Positions 23,570-31,417 of a DNA stretch of 32,616 bases are shown here, one piece after another (position 1 is the stretch's first letter; the number at the start of each line of letters is the position of its first letter). Both the position numbers and the translations under genes were made by a program. Below the pieces are notes generated by a model. It was not told the DNA's origin. It did no database searches and worked only from the letters and a program-made list of their open reading frames with translations. Source of the stretch: Candidatus Limnocylindria bacterium (GTDB lineage Bacteria; Chloroflexota; Limnocylindria; QHBO01); assembly GCA_036397375.1 (NCBI GenBank), contig DASWJA010000100.1, positions 1-32,616 on the forward strand, in the 5' to 3' direction.

Positions 23570-26218
23570 TCAGCGTGCCTCGATGGCGTGGAGGGCGTCC
23601 AGCGCAATTCGGGCAGCCTCGGCCAGCGCCCGGTCCAGGCCGGATGGATCCGACCCGCCGGCCTGGGCCATGTCCGCCCGGCCTCCGCCGCCGCCCTTTA
23701 AGAGAGGAGCCACCTGCCGCACGACGTCGGCCGCGTCAAACCCTTCGGCGGCCAGGTCTCGACTGGCCGCCACGACCAACGTGGGCTGGCCGTCGGCGGC
23801 GCCGGTCACGACCGCCACGAACCGACCGCCGGCCCCCCGCAGGTCATCCACCAGGGCGCGCAGGGCGCTGGCATCCGCCTCGGGGTAGGGCTGCACGATC
23901 ACCGCGGCGTCCCCCGCCTGCTGTGCGTCCCGAAGCGCCGCCGCCGCGTCGAGGCGCGACCGGGGGGCTGGCGCCACGCGCCCCCGGCGCTCGGCCTCGC
24001 GCAGGCGAGCCAGGAGGGCTTCGATTCGTGCCGGGACCTCTTCGTCACGCGTCTCAAGCAGATGTGCCGCGGCACGCAGTGCATCCAGGCGGGTCTCGAT
24101 GAGCGCCTCCGCCGCGGCGCCGGTCACGGCTTCGATCCGGCGCATGCCGGCGCCGATGCTTGATTCGCCGGTGATCCGGAAGGAGCCGACCTGCCCGGTG
24201 GCCGCCAGGTGGGTGCCCCCGCACAGCTCGCGCGAATAGTCGCCGCAGGCCACGAGCCGCACGGACTCGGGGACATATTTCTCCCCGAAGAACATGTCCG
24301 CGCCCGAGGCCTGCGCCTCGGCCAGCGGCATCCAGGTCGGGGTCACCTCCAGGTTTCGACGGACCTGCTCGTTGACCATGGCCTCGATTCGGGTCAGCGC
24401 GTCGCGTGGCGTCGGCGCATCGGCCGGGAAGTCGAAGCGCAACCCCTCCGGGCCGACCCAGCTCCCCGCCTGCTTGGCGTGCTCCCCGAGCACGTCGCGC
24501 AGCGCCCGATGCAGCAGGTGGGTGGCGGTGTGGTTGCGCGCCGCAGCCAAGCGCCGCTCCTCGTCCACCTCGGCTCGGACCGACTCACCCACCGCCAGGT
24601 CGCCGTCCAGGGCACCGAGATGGACGATGGCATCCCCGTCGCGCTGGGTGTCGACCACGTCCAGCCACCCCCCAGGTCCGGTGAGTCGCCCCCAGTCACC
24701 GATCTGCCCGCCGCCCTCGGGGTAGAACGGGGTCTGGGCCAGCACAACGGCCGCCGGACCGCCGTCCGCAGCCGGTTTGACGCCGATGACCTCCAGCCCA
24801 TCGGCGCGGGTCTGGTTGGGGTAGCCGACGAACTCCGACGCCAGACCGGCGAGGGCCGGGTCTGACGTGTATCCGGCGCGCTTGTCGCCGCGGGACCGTT
24901 CGCGCTGCGCGGCCATGGCGGCCTCGAATCCGTCACGGTCGACAGTCACTCCCGCCTCGGCCGCGATCTCGACCGTGAGGTCGATCGGGAAGCCGAAGGT
25001 GTCATGGAGCTTGAAGGCGTCGTCTCCACCGATGACGCCGCCGCGCCCGGCAGCCTCGATCAGCTGCGCCAGCCGCTCCGAGCCGGCCTCCAGCGTCCGC
25101 GCAAAGCGCTTCTCCTCGGCGTCGACCTCGGCCAGGATCTCGTCCCGGCGTTCTGCAAGGTACGGATACGCGGCGCCCATCAGCTCGATTACCGCCGCGC
25201 AGGTCTCCGACAGAACCGGCCGGGAGATCCCCATCAGCCGGAGGTGGCGGACGGCGCGCCGCATGATCCTGCGCAGGACGTAGCCCGGGCCCTCGTTCGA
25301 GGGGCGGACCCCCTCGCCGATCAGGAACGTCATGGCCCGCGCGTGATCCGCCACCACCTGGTAGCTGAACCGCTCAGCCTCCACGGTCTCCGGGTCGTGG
25401 CCAAGATGAGACCGGAGCCGCTGGATGATCGGGATGAATAGGTCGGTCTGGTAGTTACTGTCGACGCCCTGAAGGATGGACGCTGTTCGTTCGAGGCCCA
25501 GTCCGGTGTCCACGCTCTGGAACGGCAGCGGAGTGAGCGTCCCGTCCGCGGACCGGTCGAACTGCATGAAGACCAGGTTCCAGAACTCGAGCCAGCGCGG
25601 GCACGTCTCGGAATGGTCGGGGATGCAGTCCGGACCTTCGCTGAATTCGGCGCCCCGATCGAAATGGATCTCGCTGCACGGTCCGCTGGGCCCGGTGTCG
25701 GCCATCTGCCAGAAGTTGTGGTCGTCGCCGACGGCGATGTTGCCCCAACGGACGACCCGATCGGCCGGGAGGCCGATCTCATCGGTCCAGATCCGATAGG
25801 CCTCGTCGTCATCGGTGTAGACGGTGGCCGCCAGACGGTCGGGATCCATCCCGAGCTGGTCGGGATCAGTCAGGAACTCCCACGCCCAGTGGATGGCCTC
25901 GCTCTTGAAGTAGTCGCCGAAGCTCCAGTTGCCGAGCATCTCGAACAGGGTCTGGTGGCGGGGTGTGCGGCCCACCTCCTCGAAGTCATTGTGCTTGCCG
26001 GCCACCCGCAGGCAGGGCTGGCTGTCGACGGCCCGCTTGTAGGGGCGCGTCTCCTCTCCGGTCAGGACCCGCTTGAACTGGACCATCCCCGAATTCGTGA
26101 ACAGCAGCGTGGGATCGTCGCGCGCGAGCAGCGGGGCAGGCGGCACGCGAGTGTGACCGCGCGCCTCGAAGAAGCGCTGGAAGCGCTCGCGGATCTCCGC
26201 CGCGGGAAGGGATTGCAT
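23570..26218 (-). CDS. alaS: alanine--tRNA ligase
   Basis: Class II AlaRS with EIRERFQRFFEARGH, LFTNSGMVQFK, editing-domain NHTATHLLHRAL and a C-terminal KGGGGGRADMAQAGG. ATG 26218 (MQSLPAAEIR...) matches the usual N-terminal length. GTG 26254 from the track is the alternative. Confidence 0.95.
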   Translation of the reverse strand: MQSLPAAEIRERFQRFFEARGHTRVPPAPLLARDDPTLLFTNSGMVQFKRVLTGEETRPYKRAVDSQPCLRVAGKHNDFEEVGRTPRHQTLFEMLGNWSFGDYFKSEAIHWAWEFLTDPDQLGMDPDRLAATVYTDDDEAYRIWTDEIGLPADRVVRWGNIAVGDDHNFWQMADTGPSGPCSEIHFDRGAEFSEGPDCIPDHSETCPRWLEFWNLVFMQFDRSADGTLTPLPFQSVDTGLGLERTASILQGVDSNYQTDLFIPIIQRLRSHLGHDPETVEAERFSYQVVADHARAMTFLIGEGVRPSNEGPGYVLRRIMRRAVRHLRLMGISRPVLSETCAAVIELMGAAYPYLAERRDEILAEVDAEEKRFARTLEAGSERLAQLIEAAGRGGVIGGDDAFKLHDTFGFPIDLTVEIAAEAGVTVDRDGFEAAMAAQRERSRGDKRAGYTSDPALAGLASEFVGYPNQTRADGLEVIGVKPAADGGPAAVVLAQTPFYPEGGGQIGDWGRLTGPGGWLDVVDTQRDGDAIVHLGALDGDLAVGESVRAEVDEERRLAAARNHTATHLLHRALRDVLGEHAKQAGSWVGPEGLRFDFPADAPTPRDALTRIEAMVNEQVRRNLEVTPTWMPLAEAQASGADMFFGEKYVPESVRLVACGDYSRELCGGTHLAATGQVGSFRITGESSIGAGMRRIEAVTGAAAEALIETRLDALRAAAHLLETRDEEVPARIEALLARLREAERRGRVAPAPRSRLDAAAALRDAQQAGDAAVIVQPYPEADASALRALVDDLRGAGGRFVAVVTGAADGQPTLVVAASRDLAAEGFDAADVVRQVAPLLKGGGGGRADMAQAGGSDPSGLDRALAEAARIALDALHAIEAR

Positions 26219-26263
26219 GCGGAACTCGCTCAGGCGCGACCTGTTTGGCGTCACCGGTAGAAG

Positions 26264-26527
26264 CTAGCTGGCGCTCTCCTCGGCCGGGGCCTCGGTGGTC
26301 GTGTCGCGCTGGAGCGCGGCCAGCATGGCGGTGCGGGCCTGCTCGGCGGCCACCTTGCCTTCGCTGACCGCGTCGCCCAGGTCTCGCGTCCGCTCATCGA
26401 CGAACTCGCCGACCTTGCCGCGCATCTCTTCGCCCGATTCGGGCGCCAGGAGCAGCCCGACTGCCGCGCCGATCAGGCCACCGATGACCAGACCGGCCAC
26501 GAAACTTCCGAAACCGGAATCATTCAT
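26264..26527 (-). CDS. YtxH-domain small membrane-anchored protein
   Basis: 87 aa. The Gly-zipper helix FVAGLVIGGLIGAAVGLLLAPESGEEMR is followed by a charged helical tail, which is the YtxH pattern. Confidence 0.75.
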   Translation of the reverse strand: MNDSGFGSFVAGLVIGGLIGAAVGLLLAPESGEEMRGKVGEFVDERTRDLGDAVSEGKVAAEQARTAMLAALQRDTTTEAPAEESAS

Positions 26528-26575
26528 AGCGTGTGCATCGCTCCTATGAGGGGACTTCGTCGTGGGGCACCGATT

Positions 26576-26881
26576 CTACCGGCCCGGCCCGGACCCGTCG
26601 CGCCGCCGGCTCGGATCACCGGGCGGCGAGAGCAGCGTCGCCAGCGCCGCGGTCGTCGCCAGCGCCAGCTGGGCGCCGATGATGGCCGCCGCCAGGTGGA
26701 ATTCGCCGAAGACCAATAGGTCGAAGCCGACCAGGCCGGCCACGGCATTGCCGGCCGCGGTGCCGGCCACGGCAGCCAGGGCCAGCACGAGGGCCTGGCG
26801 GCCCCAGCGGCCCCGAAGGGCGATGAACAGGGTCAGGTTGATGGCGGCCACCAGCACGGTCCAGATGGCCCACGGCACCAC
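26576..26881 (-). CDS. hypothetical small membrane protein
   Basis: 101 aa with about three hydrophobic helices. The GTG start lies 3 nt after the mnmA stop, and the gene shares the frame-consistent G/C third-position bias of its neighbours. No family recognised. Confidence 0.5.
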   Translation of the reverse strand: MVPWAIWTVLVAAINLTLFIALRGRWGRQALVLALAAVAGTAAGNAVAGLVGFDLLVFGEFHLAAAIIGAQLALATTAALATLLSPPGDPSRRRDGSGPGR

Positions 26882-26884
26882 GGC

Positions 26885-27970
26885 TCAGGCCCGAGCGATC
26901 CGGCCTCCGCCCAGGCACTCGTCGCCGAGGTACAGGACGGCGGACTGGCCGGGGGCTGCGGCCCACACCGGCTCGGCGGTCTCCACGACCATCCGCTCCG
27001 ACCCGACCAGCGTCACTTCGCAGTTCACCTCGGGCGCCCGATGCCGAATCCGGACCTGGGCCTCGAATCGCTCGGCCGGCGGCGCGCCGGCCACGAAATG
27101 GCGAGCGTCGGCGACGAAGCCGCGCGCGGCGAGGTCGTCACGCGACCCGACCACGACCTCGTTGGTCTCAGGCCGGATCTCGCGCACGTAGTGCGGCTCG
27201 CTGGCGGTCAGCCCCAGCCCGCGTCGCTGGCCAACCGTGTAGTGCGCGAAGCCGGTATGGGTGCCGAGCCGGCGACCCTCGCCGTCCACGATGGGCCCCG
27301 ACTCACCGACGTAGGCCATGCGCTCGGCCAGCAGCGCCCGGTAGTCGCCCGCGGGGACGAAGCAGATTTCCTGGGACTCGGGCGTGGCCGCGGTGGGGAG
27401 CTCCATCTCGGTCGCCAGCTGCCGGACCTGCGGCTTGGTCATCTCCCCCAGCGGGAAGCGGGTGGCAGCCAGCTGGGGCTGGTCGAGGTTCCACAGGAAG
27501 TACGTCTGATCCTTGGCCTCGTCCACGGCCCGCAGCAGCCGCCATCGGCCGTCGCGGTGCGCGATGCGAGCGTAGTGCCCGGTTGCCACGCCATCCGCCC
27601 CGTAGGCGCCCACGGCGCGCCGGGCGAGGAGGTCGAACTTGATCTTCTGGTTGCAGGCCTGGCATGGGTTGGGCGTGGTCCCCCCGAGGTACGCCTCGGC
27701 GAAGGCGTCGATGACCTGGGCCCCGAACTCGGGTTCGACGTTGAGGATGAAGAACGGGATGCCGATCCGCTGCGCGACGCGGCGGGCGTCGTCCGCGGCC
27801 TCGGTTGAGCAGCAGCCGCGCCGCGGCTCCCACCCCTCGCCCCGATCCGGGTGGGTGCGCATCCAGACCCCGACGACTTCGTCGCCCCCCACCGCAGCCT
27901 CGCGGGCGAGCAGCGCCGCGGCCACGCTGGAGTCCACGCCGCCGCTCATGGCGGCCACGATCCGCGGCAC
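26885..27970 (-). CDS. mnmA: tRNA-specific 2-thiouridylase (tRNA U34 2-thiolation)
   Basis: PP-loop MSGGVDSSVAAALL and MnmA-typical NPCQACNQKIKF. GTG 27970 (VPRIVAAMSGGVDSS), 10 nt after the iscS stop, is preferred over the track start at 28075, which overlaps iscS. Confidence 0.92.
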   Translation of the reverse strand: MPRIVAAMSGGVDSSVAAALLAREAAVGGDEVVGVWMRTHPDRGEGWEPRRGCCSTEAADDARRVAQRIGIPFFILNVEPEFGAQVIDAFAEAYLGGTTPNPCQACNQKIKFDLLARRAVGAYGADGVATGHYARIAHRDGRWRLLRAVDEAKDQTYFLWNLDQPQLAATRFPLGEMTKPQVRQLATEMELPTAATPESQEICFVPAGDYRALLAERMAYVGESGPIVDGEGRRLGTHTGFAHYTVGQRRGLGLTASEPHYVREIRPETNEVVVGSRDDLAARGFVADARHFVAGAPPAERFEAQVRIRHRAPEVNCEVTLVGSERMVVETAEPVWAAAPGQSAVLYLGDECLGGGRIARA

Positions 27971-27980
27971 CGGTGCTCTC

Positions 27981-29171
27981 TCAGGCCCCCGCCGGGGCCG
28001 GCGCGGCGTCCGCCGCAGCGGGCTGGGCCGCGGCGCGAACCCGCTCGACGCTGGCGGCCACCAGGTCCGCCGCACGATCGATCTCGGCAGCCGTGGTGGT
28101 GCGGCCCATGCTCAGGCGCAGCGAACCGCGAATCAGATCCGACGGCACCCCCATGGCCGCCAGGACGTGGCTCGGCTCGGCGCTCCCCGACGTGCAGGCG
28201 CTGCCGGTGGACGCGGCCACGCCCTCCAGGTCGAGGGCCGCCACCAGGTCACCGCCCTCCACGCCGCGGAAAGCCCAGCTCACGCTGTTCGGCAATCGCG
28301 CCTCCGGGTGGCCCGTAAGCTCGCCGTCGGCAATTCCCTCGAGACGATGCGTGAGCCGCTGGCGCAACCCCCGCTGGCGCTCGTTCTCGGCCGCCAGGCG
28401 CTCAGCGTCGGCCCGAGCCAGGCGCAGCGCCTCACCCAGTCCGACGGCCCCGGCCACGTTCTCGGTCCCCGCACGCCGTTGCCGCTCCTGCGACCCACCC
28501 TGCTGCTGGGGAATGAGGTTCGTCCCCTGGCGCACGAACAGCGCGCCCACCCCCTTGGGCCCTTCGACCTTGTGGGCCGCGATGCCGAACAGGTCGACCC
28601 GGAGGCTATCCACGTCGAGCGCCAAGGAGGCCGCCGCCTGGGTGGCATCGGTGTACAAGACGACCTTCCGCTCCCGGCAGATGGCGCCGATCTGGGCGAT
28701 GGGTTGAACGGTCCCGACCTCGTTATTGGCATACCCGATCGCGACCAGGGTGGTGTGCGGGCCGATCGCATTTGCCACCGCGTCCGGGTCCACCTGGCCG
28801 TATCGGTCCACGGGCAGGTACGTCACCTCGAACCCGTGCCGTTCGAGGACTGCGCAGGTGTTCAGAACCGCCCGGTGCTCGATCACGGTGGTGACCATGT
28901 GGCGGCCGCGGCCGCTCGCTGCCCACGCGATCCCGTTGATGGCCAGGCTGGTGTTCTCCGAGGCGCCGGAGGTGAACACGATCTCCCGTGGCTTGGCGCC
29001 CAGCACGCCGGCCACGGTCTCACGCGCCTCGTCGAGGCCCTGCCGGGCCCGACGCCCGGCGGCATGGAGGCTGGACGGGTTGCCGAAATGCTCGGTCAGG
29101 TAGGGCAGCATGGCTTCGAGGACCTCGGGCCGCAGGGGGGTGGTCGCGGCGTGGTCGAGGTAGATGGCCAT
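27981..29171 (-). CDS. iscS: cysteine desulfurase (class V aminotransferase, IscS/NifS/YrvO-like), paired with mnmA
   Basis: 396 aa. N-terminus IYLDHAATTP, PLP-lysine context AAHKVEGPKG, and active-site loop STGSACTSGS. Confidence 0.92.
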   Translation of the reverse strand: MAIYLDHAATTPLRPEVLEAMLPYLTEHFGNPSSLHAAGRRARQGLDEARETVAGVLGAKPREIVFTSGASENTSLAINGIAWAASGRGRHMVTTVIEHRAVLNTCAVLERHGFEVTYLPVDRYGQVDPDAVANAIGPHTTLVAIGYANNEVGTVQPIAQIGAICRERKVVLYTDATQAAASLALDVDSLRVDLFGIAAHKVEGPKGVGALFVRQGTNLIPQQQGGSQERQRRAGTENVAGAVGLGEALRLARADAERLAAENERQRGLRQRLTHRLEGIADGELTGHPEARLPNSVSWAFRGVEGGDLVAALDLEGVAASTGSACTSGSAEPSHVLAAMGVPSDLIRGSLRLSMGRTTTAAEIDRAADLVAASVERVRAAAQPAAADAAPAPAGA

Positions 29172-29241
29172 GGTCGTGGGCGATTATGCCCCAGCCATGC
29201 GGACGGGCCACAATCGGCCCGCGCCAGTCGAGCAACCGCAC

Positions 29242-29246
29242 AGGAG
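29242..29246 (+). promoter_or_regulatory. Shine-Dalgarno sequence of the ectC-like gene
   Basis: AGGAG lies 6 nt upstream of ATG 29253. Confidence 0.6.
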
Positions 29247-29252
29247 AGACCG

Positions 29253-29636
29253 ATGATCATTCGATCAGCCGATGACGTGACCGGCACCCAACACGAAGTT
29301 TCGGGCGATGACTGGACCAGCCGCCGGATTCTGACCGCAGCGGACCGGATGGGCTACTCCCTGAACGACGTCGTGATCCAGGCCGGCTTCGCGATGGAGC
29401 TCGAGTATCGGCACCACCTCGAGGCCTGCTACGTCGTGTCGGGCGGGATGGAGATCACCGATGCCGCCAGCGGGCGGCAGTTCGCGGTAGGGCCGGGAGG
29501 GGTGTATGCCCTCGACCAGCATGACCGGCATACCGCGCGCAGCCCCGGCGGAGCCCGCCTCGTCTGCATCTTCAACCCGGCCCTGCGGGGGACCGAACGC
29601 CACGTGGACGGCGGCTACGAGCCCTCGGGCGACTGA
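29253..29636 (+). CDS. ectC: L-ectoine synthase-type cupin (EctC-like), solitary
   Basis: 127 aa. It is the C-terminal part of the otherwise spurious track ORF 27639..29636. It aligns along its whole length to Halomonas EctC as I recall it (EYRHHLEACYVVSGGMEI, PGGVYALDQHDRH, CIFNPALRGTERH). Glu57, Tyr85 and His93 fall at the positions of the EctC metal ligands. Confidence 0.85.
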   Translation: MIIRSADDVTGTQHEVSGDDWTSRRILTAADRMGYSLNDVVIQAGFAMELEYRHHLEACYVVSGGMEITDAASGRQFAVGPGGVYALDQHDRHTARSPGGARLVCIFNPALRGTERHVDGGYEPSGD

Positions 29637-31417
29637 TCGGCGAGCCGCAGCCCAAGCTCGGCCAGCTGCTCGGCCGCGATGGGCGACGGGGCACCCAGCA
29701 TGAGGTCGCTCCCCGACTGGGTCTTGGGGAAGGCCATCACCTCGCGGATGTTGTCCTGATCGGTGAGCAGCGCGGCCCATCGGTCCAGCCCAATCGCGAT
29801 CCCGCCGTGTGGGGGCGCGCCGAACTCGAGGGCGTCGAGGAGCGCCCCGAACTGGTCGCGCATGCCCTCGATCGTGTGGCCCATCAAGGCGAACGCTCGC
29901 TCCAGGAGGTCGCGGCGATGGATCCGGATCGAGCCGCCACCCAGCTCCCAACCGTTGAGGGCCAGGTCGTACTGCTGCGCGTGGATGGCCGCCGGGTCGC
30001 GCTCCATGTCGTCGGCCTCGTCCCAAACCGGGGCGCTGAACGGGTTGTGGGTCGCGTCCCAGCGGTTGCCCTCGGCATCCCACTTGAACATCGGGAAGCG
30101 GTGGACCCACACGTACGACAGCACGCCCGGCTGGCCGAGGCGGAGCTGAGCCCCGAGGTCCACTCGGACCCTCCCCAGGGCCTCGGCCCCCCGATGGCCG
30201 TCCGCGTCGGCGACCGCCAGGATCAGGTCGCCCGGCACGGCGCCACTGACCTCGATCACTTGCTCCGCTGTGGCCGGCGGCAGGTGGCGGGCGATGGGCC
30301 CCTTCAGGGAGCCATCGGCTTCCACCGCCAGATGCACCAATCCACCGGCGCCATGCCGGATGGCCAGATCGGTCAGCGCATCGGTCTGGCGTCGGGAGAA
30401 TCCCGCGCAGCCGGGTGCGACCAGGCCGCGGATCGCGCCGCCGGCGGCCAGGGCATCGGTAAAGACCCGGAGGTCGGTACCCGACACCGCTGAGCCGAGG
30501 TCCACCAGCTCCATTCCGAGCCGGACGTCGGGCTTGTCGGAGCCGTATCGGGCGATGGCGTCGGCATAGGTCAGTCGCGGGAACGGAACCTGTGCGATGG
30601 GACGCTCGGGCACCACCTCGGCGCTGACCGCAGTCACCATCTGCTCGACCGTGGCCATCACGTCCGCCTCACGGACGAAGCTCATCTCGATGTCGATCTG
30701 GGTGTGCTCCGGCCCCCGATCGGCGCGGAAGTCTTCGTCGCGGTAGGCATGGGCCAGCTGGTAGTAGCGGTCATATCCGGCCACCATCAGCAGCTGCTTG
30801 AGGACCTGTGGCGACTGCGGCAGGGCGTAGACCTTTCCCGGCTGCAGGCGGCTGGGCACCACGAAGTCCCGCGCCCCTTCCGGCGTGGAGCGGATGAGGG
30901 TCGGTGTCTCGATCTCAACGAATCCCGTGCCCTCGAGGTGCCGTCGGACGGCCGAAGCCAGCCGGCCGCGCAGCAGCATCCGGGCCTGAAGCGGTGGCCG
31001 GCGCAGATCGAGGTAGCGATAGGTGAGCCGGAGTGACTCGTCGAGGCCTGGTTGCTCCTCGTTAATGTAGAACGGCGGCACCTTGGACGGGTTCAGCACG
31101 CTGACCCGATCCACCCCGACCTCGACCTCACCGCTGGGCAGCTCCGGGTTGGCGGTGCCCTCTGGGCGCTGGCGCACGACGCCCTCGACCTGGATCACCC
31201 ACTCCGCCCGCGCGTCGGCGCCGGCCTGGTGCGCATCGGGGGCGTCATCGAGGTTGGTCACCACCTGCGTCATACCGTACCGATCGCGCAGGTCGAAGAA
31301 GGTCAGATGGCCGTGGTCACGACGGCGATGGACCCAGCCGGCCAGGGTCACGCGCTCCCCGATGTGGGCGGCGCGCAACTCCCCGCAGGTATGGGTCCGG
31401 AAGGACGGGGGCGTCAT
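29615..31417 (-). CDS. aspS: aspartate--tRNA ligase, bacterial type with insertion domain
   Basis: 600 aa from ATG 31417 (MTPPSFRTHTCGELR...). OB-fold region GWVHRRRDHGHLTFFDLRDRYG and class II motif 3 GGIAIGLDRW are present. The start overlaps the hisS TGA by 1 nt (TGATG). Confidence 0.95.
   Translation of the reverse strand: MTPPSFRTHTCGELRAAHIGERVTLAGWVHRRRDHGHLTFFDLRDRYGMTQVVTNLDDAPDAHQAGADARAEWVIQVEGVVRQRPEGTANPELPSGEVEVGVDRVSVLNPSKVPPFYINEEQPGLDESLRLTYRYLDLRRPPLQARMLLRGRLASAVRRHLEGTGFVEIETPTLIRSTPEGARDFVVPSRLQPGKVYALPQSPQVLKQLLMVAGYDRYYQLAHAYRDEDFRADRGPEHTQIDIEMSFVREADVMATVEQMVTAVSAEVVPERPIAQVPFPRLTYADAIARYGSDKPDVRLGMELVDLGSAVSGTDLRVFTDALAAGGAIRGLVAPGCAGFSRRQTDALTDLAIRHGAGGLVHLAVEADGSLKGPIARHLPPATAEQVIEVSGAVPGDLILAVADADGHRGAEALGRVRVDLGAQLRLGQPGVLSYVWVHRFPMFKWDAEGNRWDATHNPFSAPVWDEADDMERDPAAIHAQQYDLALNGWELGGGSIRIHRRDLLERAFALMGHTIEGMRDQFGALLDALEFGAPPHGGIAIGLDRWAALLTDQDNIREVMAFPKTQSGSDLMLGAPSPIAAEQLAELGLRLADQSPEGS

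Noticed and set aside
21628-24102. 824-aa open reading frame on the plus strand
   Set aside because: It lies antisense to four well-supported conserved genes (M24 peptidase, mltG, ruvX, alaS). Its translation is an Arg/Pro/Gly/Ala-rich low-complexity string with no recognisable motif. This is a typical stop-codon-poor shadow frame of very GC-rich DNA.
26219-26263. T-box or other riboswitch leaders upstream of alaS, aspS and ispH/dxs
   Set aside because: The available spacers (45, 0, 31 and 58 nt) are far shorter than any T-box or known riboswitch, and no specifier/T-box-like sequence was seen. The hisS leader lies outside the window.
27639-29252. Upstream 538 codons of track ORF 27639..29636
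   Set aside because: Only the last 127 codons (from ATG 29253, preceded by AGGAG) have EctC similarity. The upstream part is antisense to iscS and mnmA and is low-complexity.
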